Shown here: piece after piece, positions 12,407 through 24,200 of the stretch
Numbering within the stretch: position 1 is the first letter of the stretch
Layout of the letters: each line of letters begins with the position of its first letter
Virus record (IMG/VR): IMGVR_UViG_3300001484_000215
Reading direction: 5' to 3' (one strand)
Length of the DNA: 29,683 bases
Source of the DNA: a virus
The notes under the pieces: model-generated
Database searches by the model: none
Told to the model about the DNA's origin: nothing
Seen by the model: only the letters and a program-made list of their open reading frames with translations
Program-made: the position numbers and the translations under genes

Positions 12407-12646
12407 TTATTTAAATTGATTTTTTAAATTTGTTAACCCTTGTTCAAAATCTATTCCTCTTTGAGCAGCAAGATTACGAGCTAATAATTCTAATCCAGCT
12501 ATATTACCATTTTGAGCCATATTAATTGCATTATTGATAATTGGATTATTTTGACCCTTTTGTTGTAAAATACTCATTATAAGTTGTTCTGGATTGCTAC
12601 CATTTTTAATCATTGAAATCAATTGCATTGGATTAATATTATTCAT
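12407..12646 (-). CDS. Hypothetical small protein (~79 aa; the listed ORF extends to 12661).
   Basis: ORF 12407..12661. The internal ATG at 12644-12646 has GGAG 9 nt upstream and is preferred. The stop is TAA. Confidence 0.5.
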   Translation of the reverse strand: MNNINPMQLISMIKNGSNPEQLIMSILQQKGQNNPIINNAINMAQNGNIAGLELLARNLAAQRGIDFEQGLTNLKNQFK

Positions 12647-12702
12647 TATATTTTTCTCCATTAAAATTTCATAGATGTTTTATTTTCATTATTATCAGTA
12701 GA

Positions 12703-13149
12703 CTACAATGAATTATTTGTCGGTTGAATACTTGCCATTAAAGCTTGAATAACCTTATTAAACTCATCTTTCGTTACATATTCAGATGTTGCATCATATG
12801 GATTTTCATCTTTTACAAAAGCATAAGTTTTGAAAGTAGCTGTCCCATCACTATTAATTTGTTTTGTATAAATTTTACCATTACCTAAATCAGTAAACAC
12901 CCAAAGAGAACCATCTAAGTCAATTTGGCAAGCTCTTGCTTCATCTTTTGATGAAACAGGTCTACATTTTAAATATTGACGAGATAACAAATCTTGAGAA
13001 TCAATTCTTCGATTGCCCATATAATTATCATATGGAGTATTACTCAATAACATGTTATTGTTCCCATAGGGAGTTTGCATTTGCGGTTGCCCCATTATTC
13101 CATACTGAGGCGTTTGCAAATTAAGATTAGGATTATTGTAATTTGCCAT
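12703..13149 (-). CDS. Hypothetical protein, ~148 aa; no TAG codons.
   Basis: Strong RBS AGGAGGAAACGTA upstream of the ATG. The stop is TAA. Confidence 0.65.
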   Translation of the reverse strand: MANYNNPNLNLQTPQYGIMGQPQMQTPYGNNNMLLSNTPYDNYMGNRRIDSQDLLSRQYLKCRPVSSKDEARACQIDLDGSLWVFTDLGNGKIYTKQINSDGTATFKTYAFVKDENPYDATSEYVTKDEFNKVIQALMASIQPTNNSL

Positions 13150-13293
13150 TACGTTTCCTCCTAGCGGTATACCTAAATTAATCTTATAAGTTACAACTTC
13201 ATATACGCGTATTATAGGAATAAAAATATTATCTATTTTTACTCCTACATCTATATATTAAAATTTCCTATAATCACTTAATTAATTTTGACC

Positions 13294-13322
13294 TTGACAA
13301 CTATAAAAATTTTTAGTATAAT
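13294..13322 (+). promoter_or_regulatory. Consensus sigma70-type promoter (TTGACA-N17-TATAAT) for the resolvase gene.
   Basis: TTGACA at 13294-13299, an exact 17-nt spacer, and TATAAT at 13317-13322. The RBS AAAAGGAGATGAGAAT and ATG 13348 follow. Confidence 0.7.
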
Positions 13323-13347
13323 AGGGGCAAGAAAAGGAGATGAGAAT

Positions 13348-13836
13348 ATGAGAATTTTATCATTAGATTTATCAACAAAAAGCACTGGCTGGTGTGTTGG
13401 TTAGAATTAGTCTATTATGTCACATGGATGCATAACCGCCAGTTCAAAAGATACAATAAAACGTATTATAAAAATGAGAGATGAATTATCTAAAATTATA
13501 AAAAATAATAAAATATAGAAAATTATTATGGAATAGGTACGACAATAGTACAGCTCACATACTAGCAAAATTTTAATGTGGTTACAAGCAGCAATAGTAA
13601 TAATGGCATATGAAATTGATCCCAAAATTATATGTGATTTCATTAGTGCTTCAACATGGCGGGCAGCTTTAAAAATAAAACAAGGTCGAGGTATAAAAAG
13701 AAATGACCTCAAACCGCAAGATATTTAGTATGTAAAAAACAAATATAATATTATAGTAAATGATGATGAAGCAGATGCTATATGTATATTTGATGCATAT
13801 AATGAAAAATTTAATAATTAGATAAATTGGGAATAA
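13348..13836 (+). CDS. RuvC-like Holliday junction resolvase (phage type), ~162 aa, with 5 in-frame TAG codons.
   Basis: Starts MRILSLDLSTKSTGWCVG (RuvC/YqgF N-terminal Asp motif). Carries a C-terminal DEADAICIFDAY motif. Reads through TAG only to TAA at 13834-13836. Confidence 0.7.
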
Positions 13837-13880
13837 AAAATAGGGATAGATTAATTCTATCCCTATTTCTCTTCTTTATT
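13836..13880. terminator. Bidirectional rho-independent terminator between the resolvase gene and the minus-strand tail genes.
   Basis: Hairpin TAGGGATAGA-TTAAT-TCTATCCCTA with T-runs on both strands. Confidence 0.65.
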
Positions 13881-14051
13881 CTATTGTTGAAGTTGTATAT
13901 TTATATAATCAATATAACTTTTTTCAACATTTGTATATATATCCTTTATTGTATAATATTTAATAATTGGTGGTAAATTATTACTATTTAATAAATTCAT
14001 AATTTGTTGTTTAAACTTTTCACATGTTAAAGAAAAATCTTGTTGTTCCAT
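13851..14051 (-). CDS. Possible small ORF (~66 aa) immediately after the tail protein gene.
   Basis: ATG 14049-14051 follows the upstream TAA. The frame reads through 3 TAG codons to TAA at 13851-13853, inside the terminator stem. The RBS is weak (GGAGA 11 nt upstream). Confidence 0.35.
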
Positions 14052-14057
14052 ATTTAA

Positions 14058-17000
14058 TTATTCTCCATTTTTGGGATTTTCTTCCTACTCATCATCCATA
14101 TGTTCTTTAATCCAGTTAATCTCCTTTTTAATTGCAGTTATTTCACTACAAATGTTATAAGCATGTTGTAAATTTGTACATATAAAATCTTTTGCATAAA
14201 CCTGACCGCCGCCGTTAAGCACAAAATCATAATCTCCTGGCTAACCGCTCTAGTGTTCTCCTGTATGACTAAACCACATCCACCAAGGAGAAGAATTATT
14301 TATATTTGCTGAAACTGCCATAGATTTATTTTGATTACAAAAAAGATTTCTGCCATATGAATTTCCAATAACAAAATCTCCTAATTTAATAATTCCTGAT
14401 TTAGCATATAATAGTTGATTTCCAATATCAATACTTCCACCAGTAATAGTTCCACCATTTAAAAAGAAATCATTACCATTATATCTTAAATAATTTCCTT
14501 TAGAAGATGTAAAATCTAATGTTCCATTAGCTCCTAGAAAAGCTCCTACATTACTATCTCCATATGCCTTTTTATCATTAGTATGTAAAGAATCTTTATC
14601 AATAGTCCATCCTGCAATGGTAGAAGTTCCTCCTGGAACTAATTTTATTTGTCCTTCTCCTGGTCTACCAAAAGTTGCATTACCAGTGCTAGCATCTAAA
14701 TAAATGCTCATAATACCTTTTGAAAAACCTAATAAGCCATTTTTAGATGATGAATCACTCTATTTTACAACTCCCATAACTACGCCAGTAAAATTATTAT
14801 TTTTATCTTTCTCACCCGCGCCCATCTGAGGAGCTAAAATATATCCACCCTATTCATTAATTTGAACATTATTTCCATCCCATGCATTAAGATTTGCTAA
14901 ACCATAACGATTCAAGAGAAAATGAATTGGAACTTGAATATATGCCATTACTTTATTATTTTTATTTTTATACGCACAAATAATAGCATTATTAACGCAC
15001 TCACCATCATATTTTGAATTAGGATAACATTTGCATTGATTTTTTTCTAAAGTATTATCTTTTATTATTGTTAATAAATTAGATTTGGTTAGAGTCCCAT
15101 TCGTTCCTTTTTTTACATTTCCATTTACAGCAAAATCATAAGTAATACTATGATCGCCCTCTACTAAAGAAACATCTTCCCAAACATCATTAATATTTTC
15201 TTTACATTTAAATTCAAAAGGATGAGAATTATCATATTGCGGGGATGTACCATCAGAAGTATATAAAACATATTTAAAACCAGTGTGGTCCGTCAATGAA
15301 ACTCGATATTTATTTGAATTAACCCATGCCATCACTATTGGACATGTGCCATAGTATGTTTTTCCTTCATATGTAATACTACATTTTATAATATTAGCTA
15401 ATGGCTCTCTTGTAAGCCAATCATTTTTACCATCTGCACCGGGACCATAAAAATAATTTTGATTTTTTACTTTTATATATCCATCACTAGATACTATAAA
15501 AGCAGAGTCATCTGTGTAATTTCTACTATATTTATTTATCAAATTTTCCCATTTTACTTCAGTTAATCCATTTAATTGATTTTTAGAAGTAGTAAAACCT
15601 TCCCAAATCATTTCTCCGCTATGCCATAATTGAACTTTTAATAGCCTGTTACCATTGCCTTTTACGAAATCATTTAAATTAAGTATATGCTAAGATTTTA
15701 TAGAATCTAATCCATAGTTTAAAATATATTCTTTATCTTGTCCAGAATAAGTAACAATAGGAAAGACTGGAGGAGAACTTAATCTTGTATTTGGAACCAC
15801 TTTTACAATATATTCAGTTCCATTTGTTCCAGGCTATCCTTGTTTAGTAAAAGTAAAATCAGTTTTTGCGGTTAGATTCATACCTTTATAATCAACTGTC
15901 AATTTAATTTGATTATTTTGTTTTTTAATATCATATCTTTGAGCAATGTCATATGTTAAATTTGTAACATTATCATAGTATTTATATGTTTGAGTAGAAT
16001 CTGTTCCTGAGTCTTTTTGTGAATTAGTATTAACTAATAAAGTATCTTTTATTGGAAATTCCCAACGAATTGAACAATTCTTTGATTTTAAAAGTACATC
16101 ATTATCAACAGGATTTCCTAAATTATCATATATAGTAAAACTTAAAGCTTGAATATTTTGTTGCTATTCTAAACTCTTATTATTTGGAGCAACTCCGTAT
16201 TCATTATATTGAAAAACTACAGAACTATTATTAATTACAAGAGAATAGAGGTCTTCTCCTTTTAATGAATTTGTTAAAGTAATAGATGCAGTTCCTAAAT
16301 ATTTACTACCATCATAAACAGAACATTTAAAAATAGCTAAATTAGTAATAGTATTAATTTGAACCTTATGAATTTGATTTTTTTCAACTCTTTGAATTGA
16401 ATCAAAAGCTTTTACAGCTTTTTTACGTTTATTTAATTCTTCTGCTTCTGCATTTGCAAATCTTTTACCTATTGCAATTTGATTTTGTAACCATTCTAAT
16501 TTTTCTACCGCATTATGATAATTAGTATTATTAGTAGTTGTTTCATATAATAATGTAAAAACACCTGTGTCTGACTATATGCCCCAATAATAGTTGTAAT
16601 TCTTATTTTCATTTCCATTTATCTTACAAGTTAAAGTTGGATGTCCTATATCATAATAAAATTTAGTCCCTGCATCTGACTAAATTGTAATCTTAGGAAC
16701 TTGATTAGTTAAATTTTTAATAGTTATAATTTTAGTTATAACTGTTCCATTATATACAACAGCTACTTTAAATCTATTCTATGCGGCCGTTGCTGCACTC
16801 TTTGCAACTGTATAAGTATCTGAACCAGGAATCCAAACATAAACTGGATTAATACCTTGTGCAGTATTTCCATTTACCGCAGTTTCTCTTTTATTCAAGC
16901 ACGCCCATCCTCTACCAAGATACTTATTATAAAAAGCATTGGTTGGAGTAACTCTTACGTTTTCATTTCCCCAATAGAAAGAGATGTCTTGAGCGGAAGA

Positions 17001-17951
17001 GGCTAATTTTCCTTTTACTCTAACCTGCGCGGTTATAGTTTTAAAATTACTTTCACCTTCTGCACCAGTAAAAACAGTACCTTGCGGGGTATAAAAAGAT
17101 ATTGCTACCCCATTAATTTCTTCTTCTGTCATCCGAGTAGCCCCAGAAAGTTCTAAGGAAGAAATTATTATATCTCCTTTTGTTAACAACTTAGTGCTTG
17201 TTCCAGTTGCACCTGGGAAATCTTGATTAAAAATCTCTATTGATTCAACTCTTATAAAACTTGAACCATCTATATTAAAAATTTCATATTGTCTTGTTTC
17301 ATATAATAATCTATATGGATTATCTATCATATTATCTTCATTTAAAGTATATGATCGAATAATCTAACTGGAAGTTGCATTATCTTTAAATCGCAAATTA
17401 AAGGTAATTCCATAATGTCCCTTGTACTGTCGCTAAGGCGCTATATCAGTTTTAAACATTCCTCCCACAATAAGAGAAGAAGATTGTTGTAAATATTCTT
17501 TTAATGCCTCTTCATCAAAACTAATTTTATTACTATTTCCGCCATTATACTTATATATAGTATATTTATAATTTTTATTTTTAGTATCTAAATAAAAAAT
17601 ATTATTAGAAATAATACAATTATTACCGATAATATTATAAGCCTAATCTCCCTAAGCCTATGAAATATAATTAATCCCTAATTTTTTAGTTGTTCCAAGA
17701 ATTGTTTTTTCTTTTCCCATATCTCCGCCAGGAACAAGAACATAAACATAAGAACCTTTATTAAAAGTTACATCAGAATTGCTTGCATAAGCATATATAG
17801 TTGCATCTTGATATCTACATCTATACTTACCTATTGTCGCATCTTCGCATGAAAGAATTTGAGCTTGAATTGTTTTATCATATCCAGCTTTTTTTACAGA
17901 ATTTTCAGCTAATAATTCAATAGCATCTAAAATTTTATCTTGTACGCTCAT
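14058..17951 (-). CDS. Large tail-associated / host-recognition protein (Tal/RBP-like), ~1297 aa, with ~12 TAG codons.
   Basis: RBS AAGGAGGAAAATAATTTA upstream of ATG 17949-17951. ORFs 17658..17951, 16779..17330, 14850..15611 and 14250..14711 share one frame. Codon-by-codon reading of the intervening segments (17331-17660, 15612-16781, 14712-14852, 14058-14252) shows only CTA (TAG) interruptions. The stop is TAA at 14058-14060. Confidence 0.8.
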
Positions 17952-17986
17952 TAAATTATTTTCCTCCTTATATCTCCTCTTGTATT

Positions 17987-18015
17987 ATTATAACATAATT
18001 TTTTAAAATTTTCAA
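17987..18015 (-). promoter_or_regulatory. Sigma70-like promoter on the minus strand upstream of the large tail protein gene.
   Basis: Reverse complement reads TTGAAA-N17-TATAAT (plus-strand TTTCAA at 18010-18015 and ATTATA at 17987-17992). Confidence 0.55.
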
Positions 18016-18030
18016 ATTGGAATTGCATAA

Positions 18031-18186
18031 TTATGATATTAAATCCATTACTCCATTAAAATTATATCGAGTAATATCAAAAAACTAATCTTTATTAATA
18101 ATTCCTTCTTCAACTAATTTTATCATAGCTTTTATATCATAAATTCCGCAATCCCATTTATATTGTATTATGCCTATTGATTCCAT
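18031..18186 (-). CDS. XkdX-like small phage protein, ~51 aa, with one in-frame TAG.
   Basis: RBS AAGGAGGAATGAGA upstream of the ATG. Protein MESIGIIQYKWDCGIYDIKAMIKLVEEGIINKDQFFDITRYNF... resembles the XkdX family. The stop is TAA at 18031-18033. Confidence 0.5.
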
Positions 18187-18202
18187 TCTCATTCCTCCTT
18201 AA

Positions 18203-18234
18203 AATATAAGAAGAGGGGTTAAACCCCTCTTCTT
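18203..18234 (-). terminator. Rho-independent terminator after the tape measure gene.
   Basis: Hairpin AGAAGAGGGG-TTAAA-CCCCTCTTCT immediately 3' of the TAA at 18235-18237. Confidence 0.6.
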
Positions 18235-21200
18235 TTATCTTCGCATAGCTCTTTGAGCAGCTAAATTAACTAAATCACTAAGTGCTTCTTCAATTTCTCT
18301 TTTACTATTAACATTTGGGAATGAAGCATCTATATGAACATTTTGTTCAAGTTCTTCGCTATCTCCTAAATTGTTATAAGTACCAGATTTAATACCACTG
18401 GTTCTAGCAAATAAGTCTCCATTTAAAGAATCAGTAATGGATTTTAAAAGACTCATTGTATTGAATAAGTTTTCAGTATCGTCAGCATTTAATACTAATT
18501 CTTTTTTGTGTAATACAGCTAACTTGCCTCCATTACCACTCCAATCACCTGTATATCCACCAGTATCTAATCTAGCGAAAAGTTTTTCCCAATCAAGTAT
18601 GTCTTCAATATCTGAAGAATCGCCACCAGGAACTAAATTCCAAATATTGTCAGGAATATTAACAGTCTAACCATCATCAGTAGTATATTTTTTCGTACCA
18701 GTAACAATATGACCTTGTCTTTCTAATTCATCAAACCATTCAGAAGAAAAATCTTCTATCTGTTTGATTTCTTCTTCCTCAGCAAAAGGATGAGTATATA
18801 AAGTCTTTCCTTTTAAATAATCTTCTGAAACGTATCCAGGAGTATCATCTAATATTGTATTTTGATTTGAATTATACTAACCTGATTCTTTTAGTTTTTG
18901 GAAATCAAATACAGTAGGATATTTTTTACCAGTAATCTGTTCTGCATAAGTTTCATTATCATCATCTTCATTATCGTAATCTCTATCATCAAAAACATCT
19001 GACTTATTTTCTTGCATCGCCTCATGAATTACAGAAACTGCATCTTTAGCTGCATTATAAACTCCATTATATTCTTCCATTAAAGCATGGGCGGCATTTT
19101 TTAATTGTTCAACAGCCGTTAATTCATTACCCATTGTAGTAATTAAATCTTCATTTTTAGTAATTAAATCACCAAAAGAAATAGCTAAATCATCAACTCC
19201 GCCTTTAACATTTTGAAGATCTATGCCAGCAACATTAGCCATCTCATCTAATTGATTTTGATAATCTAACGTAGCTTGATTAATATCTTCAAAGGCTCCT
19301 TGACAGACTGGAATAAATCCACCCTATCCAGCAACCCTGTCAGTCATCTGCTGAATACCGCTTTCCCAAGTAGGAACTAATTCATTCATTAAAATGTTTT
19401 GTTCATCTGTAGACATCTGTTTATAATTATCAACATCTGTCCGATATAATGCAGCAATATCTGCAAAAGCAGATTCTTGTAGATTATTTCTAATAACTAG
19501 ATTTTCCGCGGTTTTATTATTAATATATTGTCCATATTGCTCTCTTAATAAAGCACTATTAGCAACTCTCTAATCCTCTGATAAAGAACTGTCAGTCATA
19601 ATATCTTTATATTGTTCTTGAAAATCTTTCCATGCTCCAAGAATATCTTCTAAATTAGAATTATATCTGTCTTTATCAAAATTATAAAGGTCATTTTGAG
19701 CGGTAGCCAGTCCCTATTCAGCTTCAGAAATATTACTTTCATCTGCGACATATTCATATGAATAATTACCTTGAGCATCTCTCTTTAATCTCATAGAAGT
19801 TTTACTTGCTTGAGCATCTTCTAAAGCTATTCTTGCTTGCTCAATTTGTAATAACTTCTCGGCTCTTTGAACATCATATTCTGTTAATTTTTCTTTTGCT
19901 TTAAGGTTATTTAACTACTGATCCATTAATTTCTTTAAGGCTTGCTGATTTTTTAAGACTTTTGTATCATCAATAGCTTTTTGGAATTTATTTTCTAAAT
20001 CTTGAACAGCAAAAGCAGAATTAATAGTATCTAAATATTCATCTGCATTTTTCTTCATTAAATCCCAACTAGTTTCTAAATAATTGGTTCCTAATCCACC
20101 GCTAATTTTTTTATCTAAGTCATCAAAAATACTATCAATTGCGTTAATATATTTATTTCTTAAATTCTCAGCTGATTCTTCTATTAATGAATTTAAATTA
20201 CCAATAGTTTCTTTATAATGTTCTTCAAATTGTTTTGCGGCTTCTGAATCTCCACGAGCAACCGCCGCATCCCATTGTTCTTTCCAGAAATCTCTTTGAC
20301 GTTTTAATGAATCTAATTGTTTTAAGTTATTATTATGCAATGTTGTGTAATATTTATCCATTGCTTCATAATTTTTATCACCATACAATAAAGATAGCAA
20401 ATCAATGTCATGTTCAATTAAATCACCAATTAATCCATAATTATCAATTTGTTTATCAAATTGTTCTGAAATATCATCAATTGTATCAAGATAAGCCTGG
20501 TCAATATTATCAATTAAACTTTCAATATCTTGCATTTGTTGCATCAACTCATCAAGATCATTTTGTAAATCTTCCATAGCACGTTTTTTATCAGTGCCAT
20601 AAATAGAAGATTCACCGCCAGAATTAATTTCATCTAATTCTTCTTGGGTTGCCAATAATTGATTAGTTAATGCTTCTATACTTCCCTGACCATTTACATC
20701 AAAATAAGATAATACATCAGCATATCCTTGTTCAATATCTTTAAACATTTTATCAAAATTAGACTCTTTTAAAATATTAGAATGATTAAGAACATTTCTT
20801 TCAAATTCATTCCATTTTCTTTCAGCCTAACCCATATTTAAAGATACTTCGATTTCAATTCTAAAATCTTCAATCTTTTTCTAGATTTGTTTATAAGCAT
20901 ATTCTTCTTGTTGTTCTAAACTATCGGTAAATCTATCCTATAAAGTAACATATCTTTGTACTAACTATGTTAATTCTTCTAATCTTTCTTTTTCTTTCTA
21001 ATACTATTCTTTGAAAGCATCTTGCTAATCTTTTGTCATAGCATCATGCTTCTAATTTAATTGTTTACGCTTTTCTTCAATTTTAAGAATTAAATCTTCA
21101 TAATTAGTAATTTCATTAGTATTAGGATCAAATATAGCACCCTATAATTCTAATACTTTTTTAAGTTCCTCTTGTTCTTTTTTAATTATTTCTTGTTTTT

Positions 21201-24200
21201 CTTTTTCTGCTTCTATTTGTTTTTCTAAAATCTTTAATTCATCTTTTAAAACATCTTGAAGCTATTTTCCATATGTTTTTTCTCTTTTTTTCTATAAATC
21301 GCTATATTCTTTACCTAATTTTGAAATTGTTTTATTTACATTATGATATTTTGCTTCACGGTCTGGTTTAATAGCTTTTGATTTAGTAGGAGTTTGAGTT
21401 TTACCTCCTCCTCCTTTTCCTCCACCGCCTTTTTTACCTCCAACATTAGTATTTCTTGTTTTATGGCTAATATTACCGCCAGAAGTCTTATTAGGATTAA
21501 TTACTTTTACTGCCATTGCAGTTTGAACTTTTTCAGTTTCTATCGGATCAGTTTTGGCAGGACCTACTTGAATCTTAGGATAATGTATTGTTCTATGAAT
21601 ATTCTCTCCAAATTGAGGAATATTAAAAGGAGGTAATGTAGCATTCTGTAAAGAAGGAATTTCAATATCACCAGGAACATCTATCATTTCTACATCTGTT
21701 CCAGGTGCCTACATAGAATCAGTAGCTTTAGTTGTATCAGTAGTTGTTTCTATTGAAGTGCTTAAATTCTCAGCAGTAGCTGCACCAGCTTCAGCAGTTT
21801 TAGCTTTTATAACATCAGTAGCTCTTTCTATAAAATTAGTCGCTTCAGCCATAGAAGATTCTACAGGAGTAACATCTATCGCATCAAAAGAAATATTATT
21901 TAAACTTAAAACATTTTTTATATCATCTATAGTTGCACCGGCATCATATAAAGCTTGTGCTAATGAGTCTATAAAAGCAGTATCTTCAATCTATCCAAGC
22001 TCTAAACCATCTAATTTATTAAGAAATTCTTGATATTCACTCTAATCTATATTAAAATTTGCAGCTATATCAACAGAAATATCTTTTCTAATATTATTTA
22101 AAGCATCTAAATCATTATTTTTAATAATTGAATTTAAATCATCTGCATATTTTTTAATCCAATCATCATCTACATAATCCTACGCGAGTCCCACTATAGC
22201 TGAAAAATCTTTCTTTAAAGATTTAAAACTTTTAGATAAATTAGAATTTAAATCTATCTCATTTTCTTGATTATTTTTTAATAATTTTAAAATTTCAGAA
22301 TAATCTTTATAGTTTGTTTTTAAATCTATTAATGCATCATTTAATCTAATATTGTAAACAGCATTGTCTGCAATTTGTTTACCAGTTAATTCTAAATTAT
22401 CATTTAGCTTTGCTTGTGATTCAGTTAAATCAACTACTCGCTATTCATCAATTCCATATTCTTGAGCTAATTCAGCTGCATAAGTAACCATTTGAAGCTA
22501 ATTTAAAGCAGCTTTTTGTTGCTCCTAATTTTGTGTTTTTGAAACTTGTAAATAACGATTTAAAGCTGCTGTACAAGAATCATATTGACTAGCTAATTGC
22601 TAAACTTTTTGTCTATAATCTTCCATTTTTATAGCGGAAATAGCTATATCTCCCTAAAAAGAAGAGCCAGGATTATGTACTTTAAAAGCTAAAGTAGAAA
22701 GCTAATACAATTCCTTAGCAGAATCAATAGTATCTATAATTCTTTTAGATCCAGTTTCTCTAGAAATTTCTCCAGTAGACATCTGTTTAGAATATAACTA
22801 TTGTAAGGAAATTTTTAATTTAGATAATTCATTTTGATACTATCTTGTTCCAGCTAATTCTGTATTAAAAAGATTTTTATAATTAGCCATTAACTCTGGA
22901 TAAAGAACAGAAATTTCATTTAATTCCGCTTTTAACTCTTGTAATTCTTTTTTAGATAATTTAGTTCCTTTTGCAACTTTTTGTAAACCAGAAATTGTCT
23001 ATCCTAATCTTAATAAACCTTCCTAAATAATTGATATATCTTCATTAGCCTAAGCAGCTTTTAAATAATCCTACCAATTTAAAGAAGTAAATTTAATAGT
23101 ATTTAAAAAGTCGGCAATAGATAATCCTTTTACATTTAATGCGTTTTTTATCCGTTCAGCAGTAAAACCCTCAAATAAAGAGGACAATATAGTTTCAGCG
23201 GTATCATCGGTTATTTCTGTTGCTTTTAATTGTTCTTGTATACCTTTAAAAACTTCATCATTTACTTTTCCAGTTTCTTTTAATATTTGTCCAACAGTTG
23301 AATCAATTTTTCCTGAACCTAAGTAATATTTATAAATTAAATCTTTATAAAAATTAGCTTCAACAGAATCCCCTAAACCAGCCTCTTGTAATGTATGTAA
23401 GTTTTGAAAAGCTTCAGGATACCAAGCTTTAATTTGTTCGAAACTTCTTTCCTATAATGTCTTTATAACACCAAATATAGTATCATAATCACTATAATTT
23501 TTATCCTAATTTAAATCATTATCTTTTATTATATTATCTTTATTTTCTTTAAAATATTTTTCTAAATCTATTAAAGTTTTTAAATCAGCAATATTAATAT
23601 TTAAAAAATCGTCTATGATACCAGCCTATTTAACAACATTCTGTAAAGCTTGTTGTTGAACAATATCTAAGCCCATATAATTAACTTTATCATTTTGTTT
23701 ATATGCGTTTGTATTAGATACTTTATTTTGAATATCTTTAGCATTTTGTTTTAATTTTTCATTAGTTATCTATTTTTGAATATCTAATTGAATTTTTAAT
23801 TCTTCTTTTACATTTTTTAATTTCTATAATTCTTCTTGCTAAACTAAAGTTAAAGAGCCTGCTGATTGTAATTCTTTTATTCTATCTTCTGTTGTTTTTA
23901 GTTCTGACTATAATTGCTTTAATTCATTTTGTGCTTGAGAATAAGCTTGAGCACTTTCTTCAATTGCTTTATCTGCCTATTTTACACTTAAATGCAATTT
24001 ATCATATATAGCGATTGCTCCACCTATTGCAGCAATTGCTATTGCAAATGGAGCTATTGTTGCTATAAATTTTAACATAGCTTTTCTTGAAAGCTAAAGA
24101 GCAGCTGCATGAAGTTTTTCGGCATTGGCAGCTAGGGCAGCTGCACCAGCCTAAGCTTCCTATACAGTTTGTAATCCTATTAATGCTACTATTTGTGCGC

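Noticed and set aside
13407-13712. Minus-strand ORF opposite the RuvC-like gene.
   Set aside because: The plus-strand frame has a consensus promoter, an RBS and RuvC motifs. The minus ORF is Ile/Phe-rich noise.
18437-18670. Plus-strand ORF overlapping the tape measure C-terminus.
   Set aside because: The minus-strand TMP frame is continuous through this region.
20235-22033. Plus-strand ORFs 20235..20579, 21394..21636 and 21758..22033 inside the TMP gene.
   Set aside because: They are antisense to the continuous TMP frame. No RBS is present.
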